Positions 23,500 to 34,639 of a DNA stretch of 64,000 nt are shown one piece after another. The translations under genes were made by a program, and so were the position numbers. Position 1 is the stretch's first letter, and each line of letters begins with the position of its first letter. Where the stretch lies: the NCBI RefSeq assembly GCF_963921235.1, contig NC_086106.1:26846001-26910000 (forward strand). The letters run 5' to 3'. The DNA is from Mobula hypostoma. Taxonomy: Eukaryota. The notes under the pieces are model-generated. The model ran no database searches and was not told the DNA's origin. It saw only the letters and a list, made by a program, of their open reading frames with translations.

Positions 23500-25280
23500 A
23501 CACCAATCTGAACATAACACATCCAAATATTCAATTAATGATGGAGATGAAGAAGAATAGTTGACTCCCGATCGTGGGCATTCTAATACGACTGGCACCG
23601 GATGCTAGCATTGGGCATGGTGTCTGTTGGATGCCAAATAACACGGACTTATACATCAAAATTACAGTCGCCATCAGGCAACGCAACTTGGAGCAGTGTT
23701 TTCAATGTTGATTAACCATGGGAAAACTATATCGGAACAGGAGACAATTGAGCACGATTTTCCTGCAGAATGCTTATCGTGGGAATAAAATTACTCGGGG
23801 CCTTAACAGGGAAGACGGGAAAAAAAAAACAGGGCACATCAAATCGTGGAAGAATCTACCGCCTATCTTTCCTACTTCCCCGTTGGTTCTGAAAAGTCTC
23901 CAGGATCCAGTAAAGTCTCCAAGTAAGGGCATCCGGCGCATCATTCTCTAAATTTTGATTGCTAACATTGTCTGAAATGTTATCAACGTCTGTCTTTCTA
24001 CCATCTTTCGGAGTAGGATATTGCTCCCTTTCTAAATTAATTGCGGGTACTCGGGATGTGCGCGGCATAACTGGCGGATGTGTTTACAGACATTTTTAAT
24101 CTCTCCGTCTCCCAATGTAGACTGTCCTCCTGCTTCAAAACTTCGGTCATTGTTCCTGTACCTAAAAAGACCAAGGTAACATCTCCGAACGACTGGCGTA
24201 CTGTTGAACTCTCCTCAGTAACAAGCAAATGCTTTGAATGGTTGGTCAGGGACTACATCTGCGGCATGCTACAACCCACACTGGACCCCCTACAGGTCAC
24301 CTATCGACATAACGGTCCAATAGATGACGCAATAGCCACAGCTCCATACACTGTCCTTACACATCTAGAGAAGCGGGGTGCTTATGTATCAATGCTCTTT
24401 TTGGACTGCAATTCAGCATTCAAAACTGTATTTCTCTCCAGGCTCCACCAGAAGATCAGAGACCTTGCCCTTCACCCTGCCTTGTGTATCTGGATCCTGG
24501 ACTTTCTGTCAGATCGCCGCAGGTGGTAAGAAAGGGCTCTCTCACCATTGCTCCTCTGACCCTGAACACAGGTGCCTCAGGTCTGTATGCGAAGCCTCCT
24601 CCTTTACTCTTTGATTGCCAATTACTGTGTCCCTACCTAGATCTCCAATCCGCTAATTAATTTTGCTGAGGACACAACATGATGGATCTAATCTCATACA
24701 ATAATGAGGGACCCTAAGGAGAAGAATTCACCACACTTACTCGGTTGCATCAAGAAAACAACTTCTCTCCCAATGTCGCAGAACAAAAAAAAAACAACAA
24801 CAACAAAGGAGCTGGTTGTGGACTACAGGCAGAATGGACTCAGGCTAAACACTATTGACATCAATGGAACTTTAAACCTCAAGTTCTTCGGCATACACAT
24901 CACTGAGGATCTGACCTGTTCGGTAAATACCGGTTGTGTGGACTGGCTTCATCACTGCCTGGTGTTGGAACTGTACTTCCCTCAATCGCTGAACTCTGCA
25001 GAAAGTGGTGCGAACCACGCATCTGTAGATGCGACCTGCACAATATTCAGGACATATACAAAGAGAGGTGTGTAAAACGGGCCCGAAGGATCATTAAAGA
25101 CCCGAGACACCCCAAGCACACAATGGTCCAGCTGCTTCCATCCGGGATACCGGACTGCAGCATGATATCCTGGACCAATAGGCTCCGGAACAGCTTCCTC
25201 CACCAAGAGTTCAGACGGATTAAATCATACCGATACAATTGTATTTCTATGTTATTTTGACTGTCCTTCTGTAAATCGTA
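23500..25280 (+). mobile_element. Rex1/Babar-like LINE, decayed
   Basis: FTDIFNLSVSQ..CFKTSVIVPVPKK..NDWRTVELSS..KCFEWLV..LDPLQ..MLFLDCNSAFKT; 3' end RIIKDPRHP..LLPSG..RLRNSF. Confidence 0.8.
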
Positions 25281-25519
25281 TTTATTATAAATTATTATAA
25301 GTTGCACATTGCATATTTAAACGGAACTGTAACGTGAAGATATGTACTCCTCATATAAATGAAGAATGTAGGTAATAAAGTCAATTCTATTCGATTCAAT
25401 TCATATGTCTTCTCCCTCACAGAAACAGACTCGATGCCTGAGTGTACACGGCTGTGATGTTTCTCTGCTACCTCATGCCCCCAGCATTATCCAAAGTAGC
25501 ATATCTGTTGTTGAGGAAG

Positions 25520-25760
25520 ATTTCCACAGGGCACTCTGCACTGGCTGTTTAAGTCCTTTGTCTTTCTTGTCACCCACTTTCCTGCCTCCGGTAACTCTGG
25601 TGCAGCCACCATCTTTATGCCCAATCTATCACGCACTCAGCCTTTCGAATAATCCAGCGTTCATCCAGTTCCAGCTTCCGCTCCATAAAACGGTGTGTAA
25701 GAATCTGAAATTGCATGAATTTCTTCCATGAGTCGTCGTCAGTGATACTGGGAAACTCCG
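25520..25760 (-). mobile_element. CR1 ORF1 fragment
   Basis: QILTHRFMERKLELDERWIIRKAECVID resembles the CR1 ORF1 coiled-coil segment (ELELELDELRIIREAEGVID). Confidence 0.45.
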
Positions 25761-27751
25761 AGTCTTCCAATATCTGGCAAGGAGTATATGCAAATATTAA
25801 GGTCCCGATAATGATTCCGGCCAGACACGCCGAATGCTTACTCATTCCCATACATGCCGCGTTGCCTGCTGAGTTAGTACTCCATTTTTTTGTGTGTATT
25901 GCGTTCAAGTATTCTGCCTGTCATACTTACAGTTCATGCTGAGAAAATGTAAAGAATGAAAAAAGTAACAATAACTAAACTATGGTAAAATAAATTTGCC
26001 TGCTACATTTCGCATTCTCTCACTCACACCTACTCTCGCTAAAACATCGAAGAAGCAATTCCTCAAGTTCACTTTGTAACACTGTCGACTCCACCGACGG
26101 CCCACCGCTTTCCCCTACCTTTTTTCCAATTTGTTCTTGTCTATCAATCCATATCACTTTTCAAAACACGAAAATGCGGCGAATTGGTGGATTATGCATT
26201 CCAATCGGCGAACGTGAGAGAGCTCCGTCTTATCATCTTTGCGATCTCAGATGGGCAGCAATTTTAAATACCAAACAGTCGCGAGTAGATGCCTTATTTT
26301 CTCAATCGGCGAACATTTCAGCGCTATGTCTTCTGCCGCTTTGTATCTCCGATAAGATCTGGTTGAAATCGGGGAGGAGAAAATGGCAGCGTGCCTGCGT
26401 GTGCGCCGCCCTCCCGTGAAAAATGATATCGTATCTTTTAAATAGGGGCCGTGGACAATTACGATTTGATGGAGAATGGAAGTGACAGCACAGAGGAACA
26501 TCTGGAGAAATTTCTGAAAAGCCCGTCTGCTGCTCTCGTTTCTGTGTGGTCGGGAATCTTTCGGAGGGTAGGCCTAAAAATTCCCAGCCTTGCCTGCTTT
26601 TGACGACCGAGAAGGAGGTCGAATCGTTTGGGCAGAGATTGCGCTCAGGCCCTGGTGTCGGAGAGCTGATCAGAGCTCGACGTTTTCGTTTTGCCTTGCC
26701 AGGTTGCTTCAGGTAGAACAGAGAAAATAGTACAGTACGGCATAACATTGAGACTTCGGAGTACGGTGCGGTGCAGACCGATGTAAATCACTTCATGATC
26801 CTTCTAACGTTTCGCCACACCCTGCACTTAACTTTGTTCTCCATTTATCCTATATCGATACGGCAGCAATTCTCTCTAATATCAGTTTATCAGTCTCTAC
26901 TCGCAGCAGTTGCTGCAGAGTCTAGAATTTTACAGGAGGTTGGCACTGGAATTCCCTAATAATAATAATAATAATAATAACAATAAAGTAATAATAATAC
27001 GATATAACTACTGACATCTCACTAAAACCGTCTTCCACTCAACTTACTGCAAAGCTGCTGTCTCTTGCTCTGTCTTTTGCGGCAGTGGATATGAACTTAA
27101 TTTTATCTAAAACAGTCTTCCAGATTTTCCAAACCCCTGGACACAAACGACAAGATTGACATCGAATGTGAATAGAAAGGACAGAAGGGTTGTTTGTTTT
27201 ACGCCGTTGGTCAAGCACACTCAGTTTGAAACTGCTTGGTGGCAGATTTCCTCTCATCTATACTTTATAAAAGTAGCCATCAAGGATTGGTGCGTCCAAA
27301 GTCTGAATGTGCCATCACACTCTTCCTAGGCTGAGGGAGAGTTTGTTAGCTCGTCCCGCGTACATGCCGTCAAGATCAGAGCACAGACTGATTTCTGTCA
27401 CAAAATATCAGAACTGAAGCATACTTGAAAACTCGGGGCGCACGTCACAACATCAATAAAGAACAAACAACCATATATTTTTGGGGGGAAAAAAAAGTGT
27501 CCTGTTCAAGACTAATGATTCAGACTCATCAATTTATAGGTCATCTCCGTCACACAGGTTGAAAGATAGGAAGTCATGGGTGGGGCTTCCTCACTCGGTT
27601 CAAAGACACGACATAGAATCAAAACTAACAACTGCCCCTCAGCAAACCTGTTGATAAAAGTTCACTGTCCAACTCTGAAGTACATTCTGCCATAACTTTG
27701 CAGAACGTGAGCTCCATCTCCTCGTCACTTCAGCAATATTCCTTGTTGACG

Positions 27752-27794
27752 ATGGGGGTCTTCTTTGTTTTCACACTCTGGCTCTGCTTACGGC
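27752..27794 (+). CDS. NAR-TCR V leader exon (MGVFFVFTLWLCLR)
   Basis: ATG 27752, 14 hydrophobic codons + 1 nt, GTGAGT donor at 27795; phase-1 intron of 139 bp to pyrimidine tract + tAG at 27933. Confidence 0.9.
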
Positions 27795-27933
27795 GTGAGT
27801 ACCTTTCACACATCCACATTATATTTACTTTAAATCTGTTTCAGCCCTCAGAGATGCAACCGGCGGAGATTATTCATGTGATTCGTCTATGACTACAACT
27901 CAATTTTCTCCGTGTTTTTTTTTTCAATCCTAG

Positions 27934-28227
27934 GTTCAATGAGTCAGTCGGTGACTCAGAGCCCGTCCATTGTAAACTTGAATGAGTGTCAGACTGCCAC
28001 TATCACCTGCAATTTCCAGCCTGGTTTTTCTGGTGAATATCGCTTTCACACTGGAAAATTCTTCAGGCAGACCAACTCAGCGGCCGAACGGAAAGAAGTC
28101 ACCCGCGGGGGGAGATTTGTTCCTTCGATTAAGAAAACTGATATGCAGTTTTCTTTGGCAATTCGGGACCTGCGAGTGGAAGACAGCGGCACCTATTACT
28201 GTCAAGCTGTGTACAAATGGCGTGCAA
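27934..28227 (+). CDS. NTCRV: NAR-TCR variable segment (IgNAR-like V)
   Basis: Open frame QSVTQSPSIVNLNECQTATITC..FFRQ..VTRGGRFVPSIKKTDMQFSLAIRDLRVEDSGTYYCQA; short HV2 and GGRF..S..K...FSL.I.DLRVEDSGTYYC match VNAR-type domains; followed by an RSS. Confidence 0.88.
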
Positions 28228-28265
28228 CACAATGATGGGCTTCGGCTTCGCGCTGTACAAAAACT
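28228..28265 (+). other. V recombination signal: CACAATG - 22 bp - ACAAAAACT
   Basis: Counted directly: heptamer 28228-34, spacer 28235-56, nonamer 28257-65. Confidence 0.92.
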
Positions 28266-28589
28266 TTCGCTGTAGCTTATTCCTGATTCAGACGGAGCAG
28301 AATGGATCTGCGGGTTTAGTTCATATTCTTGTCTCGCTGTGGATGCGTCCTGCAGTCCAGCTAACTGCCATTTTTTTTCTTATCATGTACAGTCTTTATG
28401 TTTCCGCCTCGCGTGTGCGCAGATGTTGTTCCCTACCCCGAGGTATGTGTCAATAAATGACGACAGAGAATTAAGAAATGCACATTCTTGTAGCCAAGTA
28501 CGGACGGAATTGTTCATGAACACTTGGAAACGGAAAATGCCAGCGCTGTGAATTTAATTCCTGCTCGACTCTTTCATGGATTCGCCAGC

Positions 28590-28617
28590 AGATTTGATAT
28601 TGATGTAAGGTACTGTG
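28590..28617 (-). other. 5' RSS of D (nonamer agatttgat - 12 bp - TACTGTG), degenerate
   Basis: Heptamer 6/7; nonamer 5/9 vs GGTTTTTGT at 12-bp spacing. Confidence 0.65.
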
Positions 28618-28633
28618 TACAGTTTGGGACAAA
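28618..28633 (+). CDS. NTCRD: NAR-TCR D segment TACAGTTTGGGACAAA
   Basis: 16 bp between opposing heptamers; open in all three frames (YSLGQ / TVWDK / QFGT). Confidence 0.88.
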
Positions 28634-28661
28634 CACAGTGGAAGAGATCTGAACAAAAACA
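28634..28661 (+). other. 3' RSS of D: CACAGTG - 12 bp - ACAAAAACA
   Basis: Consensus heptamer, 12-bp spacer gaagagatctga, 8/9 nonamer. Confidence 0.93.
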
Positions 28662-28997
28662 GAATATAATAAATATATAAATAAATCATATTTAAACGAT
28701 ATATTCTCCATATCCCATGGAAAAAAATACAAACCTGGCGATGTTCACCGTCTAATCTGTTTAATTTCCATATTGCATATGCATTTTTGATTGACAGGTA
28801 TGCTATGTTTTTTTTTCTTCTCGGAATTGATCTGCGGTGCGTGTTCCTGTTTTATTTTACTTTGGTCTTGCTTTCCTACAACGAACATATCGGCTTGCCA
28901 CCAAATGGGGAATATTGCATGCTATGTGTTGCATTAACAACCCTGGAAACATTGGGAAGCCTATCGTAGCGTTTCCTAACCAGATTCACGTGAGTGT

Positions 28998-29036
28998 AGT
29001 TGTTGTATGGTGGAAACTGAGAACAGGATCATTGTG
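28998..29036 (-). other. J RSS: AGTTGTTGT - 23 bp - CATTGTG
   Basis: Nonamer 28998-29006 (7/9), spacer 29007-29029, heptamer 29030-36 (6/7). Confidence 0.88.
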
Positions 29037-29094
29037 TATGAATGGACGACTCATACTCTAGATGGAACAGGGACAAAGGTCACCGTCAGGTCCG
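29037..29094 (+). CDS. NTCRJ: NAR-TCR J segment (YEWTTHTLDGTGTKVTVRS)
   Basis: GxGTKVTV motif; phase-1 GTAAGT donor at 29095; splices in frame to 30468. Confidence 0.9.
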
Positions 29095-30467
29095 GTAAGT
29101 ATCCACAAACATCGACGATTCGTCAAGTATCTCAGCCATATAAGTATCACTTGATAGATGATCGATTGATTTAAAATCATTAAAATTTAAATGGGTCTGC
29201 TGTCAAACCTAATTTCTACAAAGTGTGCCAGAGAGGACGTAAGTGCAGGGTGCCTTTTCAGGATGAGCCGTTCTTGTAAAAATATTCAACACATCAGAAC
29301 GTCTCGCATTCGTGCTGCTGGTGAACAATACATGTTGATAGTGCCAATAACGCCCCAACAGCAAAACTGAGGAAATAAAGAATGGAAAATCAGGTGCACC
29401 GGCCCGAAAGGAAGTAGACTGAGAGGAGGCAGGTTCATTCGCAGAATGTGAGGGATGCATTTATTTTCCACTGCAGTAGGTTTTAGAGAGCTGTATCGAT
29501 GCACAGCTCTTCACTGTTGAAAGAGAGTGACTGGAATTTTATAGTTTGTCTTTTGTGGTGTGAATCTGTAGACTGAATCTACACTCACTGTATAGAAAGG
29601 CAAGGTGGTAAACTGAATTAACAGAGTCAGATAGAGAGGGAAATTTCTGCTATGGGCAAGGAATAAATGCTGGTGTAATCTTCGCAGAATGAATCCATCA
29701 GACTGCTGTCAGACTGTGGGAAATATTGTTAGAACTTAAGGCATTAACCGCCGGCAGAATATATATATATATGAATGAGTCACAGAGATGCAAGAAATAA
29801 TCAAACTTGTTTTCTACAAATTATTCTCAAATAGTACCGCGAATTGCACACCCCATTGATGAAAAAAATAAAAAAAAGGGAAGGGTATAAAACATCTATA
29901 TCGGCTGCTAAAATCCAGTCGAAAATAAACCTTCGCCGTCAGCAGCTTTGAAAATTATCTGACCAGTCTGTACCGTTCAATCTCATTACTGTGATGAGCA
30001 TGTTATAATGCAAATGTGTAACTTATGGGGGGAAATTTATATTAAAAAAACATCTGGATGGAGCATCTATCAATTCGGGACAAAAAAAAACTCTCACCCA
30101 TTATTTTTCGGAATTAAACTGACGTTTAAATTAAACACCACAAAACTGAGAAAAAGGAATTCGGCCCATTATATGCTTGTAGGCTCTCTGCAATTGTTCC
30201 ATGAAATTAGTTCTGCTTTCCACAAAGCTGTCCAAAATATGAAAGATGTTTTAAAAATCGCAAGTTATCCGCAATTTACCATTGAGTCCCTGATTTTATT
30301 TCACTGCAGCAATTCCTTATAATAATTGTCAACGACAATAAATATTGTTTACTCAGATTTGAAATGAAACAAGTTTGTGTGCAACAAAAATCTCCTTATC
30401 ATATTCGGGATGTTTTTTCTGACAGTTATCGGTAAATCAGCAGTAATATTCCTCTACATTCATACAG

Positions 30468-30761
30468 AATCCATTTCTCAGAGTCCTGAACTACAAACTA
30501 CACTTGCCGACACCGTAATTTTAAACTGTGGATATGACGCGTATTGTCGCAACACAATACACTGGTATCGCCAGCTTCCAGGGCAGGCACCCATATTCCT
30601 GCTCCAGGGACAAACATTTGGAGCAGAAGATAAGAAAAAAAATGCCGGAGAACGAATTACTGGTTTTGTCGATCCTGGTAAGAAAATCAGCCAGCTGACG
30701 ATCTCCAAAGTGCAACTGGGTGACGCTGCTGTGTATTACTGTGCAATGAGTCGGTATACAG
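30468..30761 (+). CDS. STCRDV: Supporting TCR-delta V segment of NAR-TCR
   Basis: Acceptor catacAG at 30467; ESISQSPELQTTLADTVILNCGYDAYCRNTIHWYRQLPGQAPIFLLQ..KKISQLTISKVQLGDAAVYYCAM; canonical C/W/C plus a CDR1 Cys. Confidence 0.9.
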
Positions 30762-30800
30762 CACTGTGATGCCGCGCATGGACAGCGCTGTTCAAGAACT
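30762..30800 (+). other. Proximal 23-RSS of supporting V: CACTGTG - 23 bp - TCAAGAACT
   Basis: Directly abuts the V coding end; heptamer 6/7, nonamer 6/9. Confidence 0.8.
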
Positions 30801-30822
30801 AGAGTGATTCTCGTTACAAGCA

Positions 30823-30861
30823 CACAGTGCTAGGAAGCAGCGAGGGAACAATACAAAAACT
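30823..30861 (+). other. Second, near-consensus 23-RSS: CACAGTG - 23 bp - ACAAAAACT
   Basis: Heptamer 30823-29, spacer 30830-52, nonamer 30853-61; not adjacent to any coding segment. Confidence 0.85.
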
Positions 30862-31459
30862 CATTTGGTTTTATCATATAAATACACCACTGCCGAGAAC
30901 GGAGACAAACGGCAAGAAACCGCAGTGTGGTGGGATTTTTAGTAGAATGATGATAGAGAAAATAAAAGCACCTCAATCAACACCCAAAATACGCTGGGCG
31001 AAATCATTATGTCATAACGGAAGTTCTTCGGTTCGAAACATCATTTCCTTGAAAGCTGCCGGATCTACCGATTCCTCTCATTTCTACTGATAGAAGACAC
31101 ACAACTCTCAAGAATATATTCCCGGAGTGAAAAGGCATCATTGCCTTCAGGGAATTCGCATTTTAGATCAGAAGTGCCTCAGACATAGCAACAGAATTGG
31201 GCCAATCAGCCTATCGAGGGTGCCCCGCCATTCCATCATTATTATTTCCGGATCCCAATACATTCACCAGTATATCCGTGTGGTACAGGCAATCTACCAG
31301 ACATTTTAAATGAAGGATCGTCGCAAATCCGTTTGCGCCGTGTAAACAGCGCAGAAAAGTAACGGACATTGAAATGTTACAAATTCCAAACAATAAATGC
31401 ATAATCTATTGTTTTGGAAATGTACGGCATCACGAACTACAGATCTCATTACGATTTTA

Positions 31460-31880
31460 GAAACATAGGAACATAGAAAACCTACAGCACAATACAGGCC
31501 CTTAGGCCCACAAAGTTGTGCCGAACATGTCACTACCTTAGAAATTACGAGGGTTACCCATAGCCTCTATTATTCTAAGCTCCATGTACCTATCCAAAAG
31601 TCTCTTAAAAATCCTGTCGTGTCCGCCTCCACCAGCGTTGCCGGCAGCCCATTCCACGCACTCACCACTCTCTGTGTAAAAAAAACTTACCCCTGATATC
31701 TCCTATACACCTATTTCCAAGCACCTTAAACCTGTGCCCTCTTGCGGCAGCCATTTCACCCCTGGGAAAAAGCCTCTGACTATCCACACGATCAATGCCT
31801 CTCATCATCTTACACTCCTCTATCAGGTCACCTCTCATCCTCCGTCGCTCCAAGGAGAAAACGTTGAGTTCGGTTAACCT
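31460..31880 (-). mobile_element. CR1 LINE 3' end with (catagaaa)n-type tail
   Basis: Tail gaaacataggaacatagaaaa at ~31460; ORF 31662-32003 nearly identical to 73-414. Confidence 0.85.
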
Positions 31881-32477
31881 GTTTTCATGAGCCACATCCA
31901 CACCCGTGCCTTTATCACAAAGCAACTTTAGGGAGCCTGGATGTGAATTTATAGCATGTAAAATGCTTTCACCTGAGAGTATTAACGTGCAGGCGATGCT
32001 CACTGAGGTGTCTTCTGTTGCGTTCAGTTTCTTCCGATAGCATGAATCTCATTAAAATGAAACTGCACTCTTTTGGCAATTACATGCTAATCCAATTGAA
32101 ATGATTGCTATGATTGGAGGTAATCGAGAGAACTGGGAGAGGAGCTGCAAAAGAAACATTCGATCGTTAGTTACTACAAGGCAACGTCGTATTTCCTCCC
32201 ACTCCTTAGAGATAACCTACGTTTTGCCATTCCTGAACTTTCCTTTAGTTTAGTCTGAACAGAAACTTGTTCGTACTGGAATCCCCTAGCAGTGCACTAA
32301 AAATGCATTCACTTGAACTGGAATTCCTGGCTCTGTACATTAGAAAACAAAATAAATCATTTACCTCTATTATTTATATGTTTTACTTCATTGCTGCTGC
32401 CATGCCTTTCAAAATAACTACAATTATATTAACTATTTATATTAATATAAAGATATAATACTGTTTGTTTAAATTTT

Positions 32478-32765
32478 GGGCGGCATAGTAGCGTCGCGAT
32501 TACTTCGACTATATTACAGTTCTGGGAGTAATAGTTCGGAATTCAATCCTGGTTCATCTGTAACTAGTTTGTGTGTCCTCACCATGGAATGCTAGGGTTT
32601 TCACCGACTGTTCTCGGATCCACCAACAGTTCAGAGAAGAATTCCGTGGAATGATTAGTCATTGTAAGCTGTCCGATGATTAGGTTCCAGAAAAATCAGG
32701 GTTGCCAATGGTTTCTGGGGCGGTGCATTTCTCAAGGCTGGAATGCCTTATTCTGCGCTGCATCA
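32478..32765 (+). mobile_element. tRNA-derived SINE, paralog of 889-1180
   Basis: Near-identical to the copy A SINE. Confidence 0.6.
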
Positions 32766-33251
32766 TGAAATTAACAACTAAGTACATCTTGCAAGGAATT
32801 TAAACAACATTTACTGATGAAGCCATACGGTACATAAACAAGTGCATAATCGATCGCCAACCAGACAGCAATGCTTAATATTATTTATTTTCTCTAGAAA
32901 CACTGAAAGCCCATTTTGATTCTATCGCTTCTATACTGGGAATTTTATTTTACACTCATGGACAATTAGATCTGTCACAAGTATCGTTGCATGAAAATCT
33001 TCCCTACCAAATGCAATAAATATATACAACATTTGATCTCTCTGCGCCAGAAGAACACATTCTATAACACAACAGTCCATGTTTTATTATTTCGTAAATT
33101 ATTGTTGCACATTGGTAATTTATTATTGTGTATATTATTATTCTCTACTGTATTCTTAGCTAGTTCTGAATACTGCTAAGTGTATTTTAAGCGTTGCTGC
33201 TGTAACGAAAGAAACTCCCACTCAGGAACAAGTTCTTCTTTTTCTTCTAAA

Positions 33252-33353
33252 TATTATTATTACTATTACTACTATTACTACTACTACTACTACTGCTGCT
33301 GCTGCCACTGCTACTATTACTACTGCTACTACTACGACTATTACTACTACTAC
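33252..33353. repeat. (TAC/TAT/TGC)n microsatellite
   Basis: Direct inspection. Confidence 0.95.
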
Positions 33354-34370
33354 ACTTGCTATATCGGTTCCGTTACGGCGATATTCAAAAGCAACAGAAA
33401 GCAGTGTCAGTCATGATTTACATCAGCGATTAGTTTGCTTGGATTGTTGACATCCGTCCACAAGTCAAACTCTTCTCACAAAAGGACACATCCCGAAGTC
33501 CTGATCTGCTTGAAGTTCTCGCAATGAAGATGCATGTTATGAATTCAAATGGTTGTTCTGAATATATCCGTTGTCATGCCGAATGCACTGCATCATGTAT
33601 ATAAGAACTGAGTCGGAGATCGTAAACTTTCCAAATGAACCGATGAGTGAATGGCGGAACACTCACCCGAAAATGGAAAACATATGTTTTCACGCAGAGA
33701 GTCTGACAACATCACAGAATGGATAACGCTTGAAGTTAGGGATATAATCAAAGAAAAAGAAAGTTTATCCAGGATTAATTGTGGTTATATGATGTTTGGT
33801 ACTCGGCTTATCAGTAATTTCCACCAAGTGTAGCAGTGCCTAAGTGGCCGAGTGTCTTCATCCATTTCCGAGTATACCCAGTCCTGTATTCGCATGTCGA
33901 CTGCAGTCAAGCGATTGAAGCACATTATCCCGTCACGATATGACTGATGGAGGTGTAACATTGCCTAACATTATATACTATAGTTTATCGAATTCCCAAA
34001 TGATAAAGATGCTTTTGGTAGAGTGGTGAACAATATGCCTGTAACACGTTTAGGTCAGAGACTAAATGACCAAGGGGTTCGGTGACCCCAGTCTTGGATT
34101 GGGGACGTACGTTCACTTCTTTGCTCCAGCCGCCTCCATGCCTAGAGATCGTTGTGAATTCTCTGGTTTTCCCACTGAAGTTTGTGCTTGATATTCAACA
34201 TTTCAGTGATATGTTTTGTTACGCACCAGCAGCAATAAATATGAAATTGAGTCGGGTTTTTATGAATAAACAACGAAATTTATTAACCTCTACTCAAAAA
34301 CATAGAAAGTAAACAAACTACTAACTGAAACGGAAGTTAACACTGTTATGCATCTATAATTATCAAACAG

Positions 34371-34632
34371 TCGAACCTAGTGACAATTGTTAACAAATCT
34401 TACTCAAACACGGTCTTAAGGTTGTAATTCAAAGAGTCCAAGTGATTTATGAAATACGTGAGAGGAGAGACTTCTTGAACCACCGATGAAGAGAAGACGA
34501 ATCTGCTGAGGCAAATCCCAGCCGAGTAATGCCTTGTCAAAAGAGATCACGAAGAATCAGATTTCTCACAGTAACTGACCTTTCGCCGGAGCTGGTCACC
34601 ACACAACAGCCGAGACTATTCAGGGGTTAACC
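34371..34632 (+). pseudogene. Decayed TCR V-delta-like pseudogene (copy C)
   Basis: Paralog of 2777-3038 and 11209-11475. Confidence 0.45.
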
Positions 34633-34639
34633 TAAAGTG

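Noticed and set aside
26302-26748. 148-aa minus-strand ORF in GC-richer sequence
   Set aside because: No recognisable domain, non-ATG start, lies among repeats; probably an unclassified repeat, but cannot be supported from this window.
28312-28394. Possible second D segment (gggtttagt ... cgctgtg)
   Set aside because: The spacer is 14 bp and there is no valid 3' heptamer/nonamer.
30377-30467. ORF-track start at GTG 30377 as the true N-terminus of the V-delta
   Set aside because: The exon begins after the AG at 30467 for NAR-TCR splicing; upstream codons are a vestigial leader/intron, treated separately.
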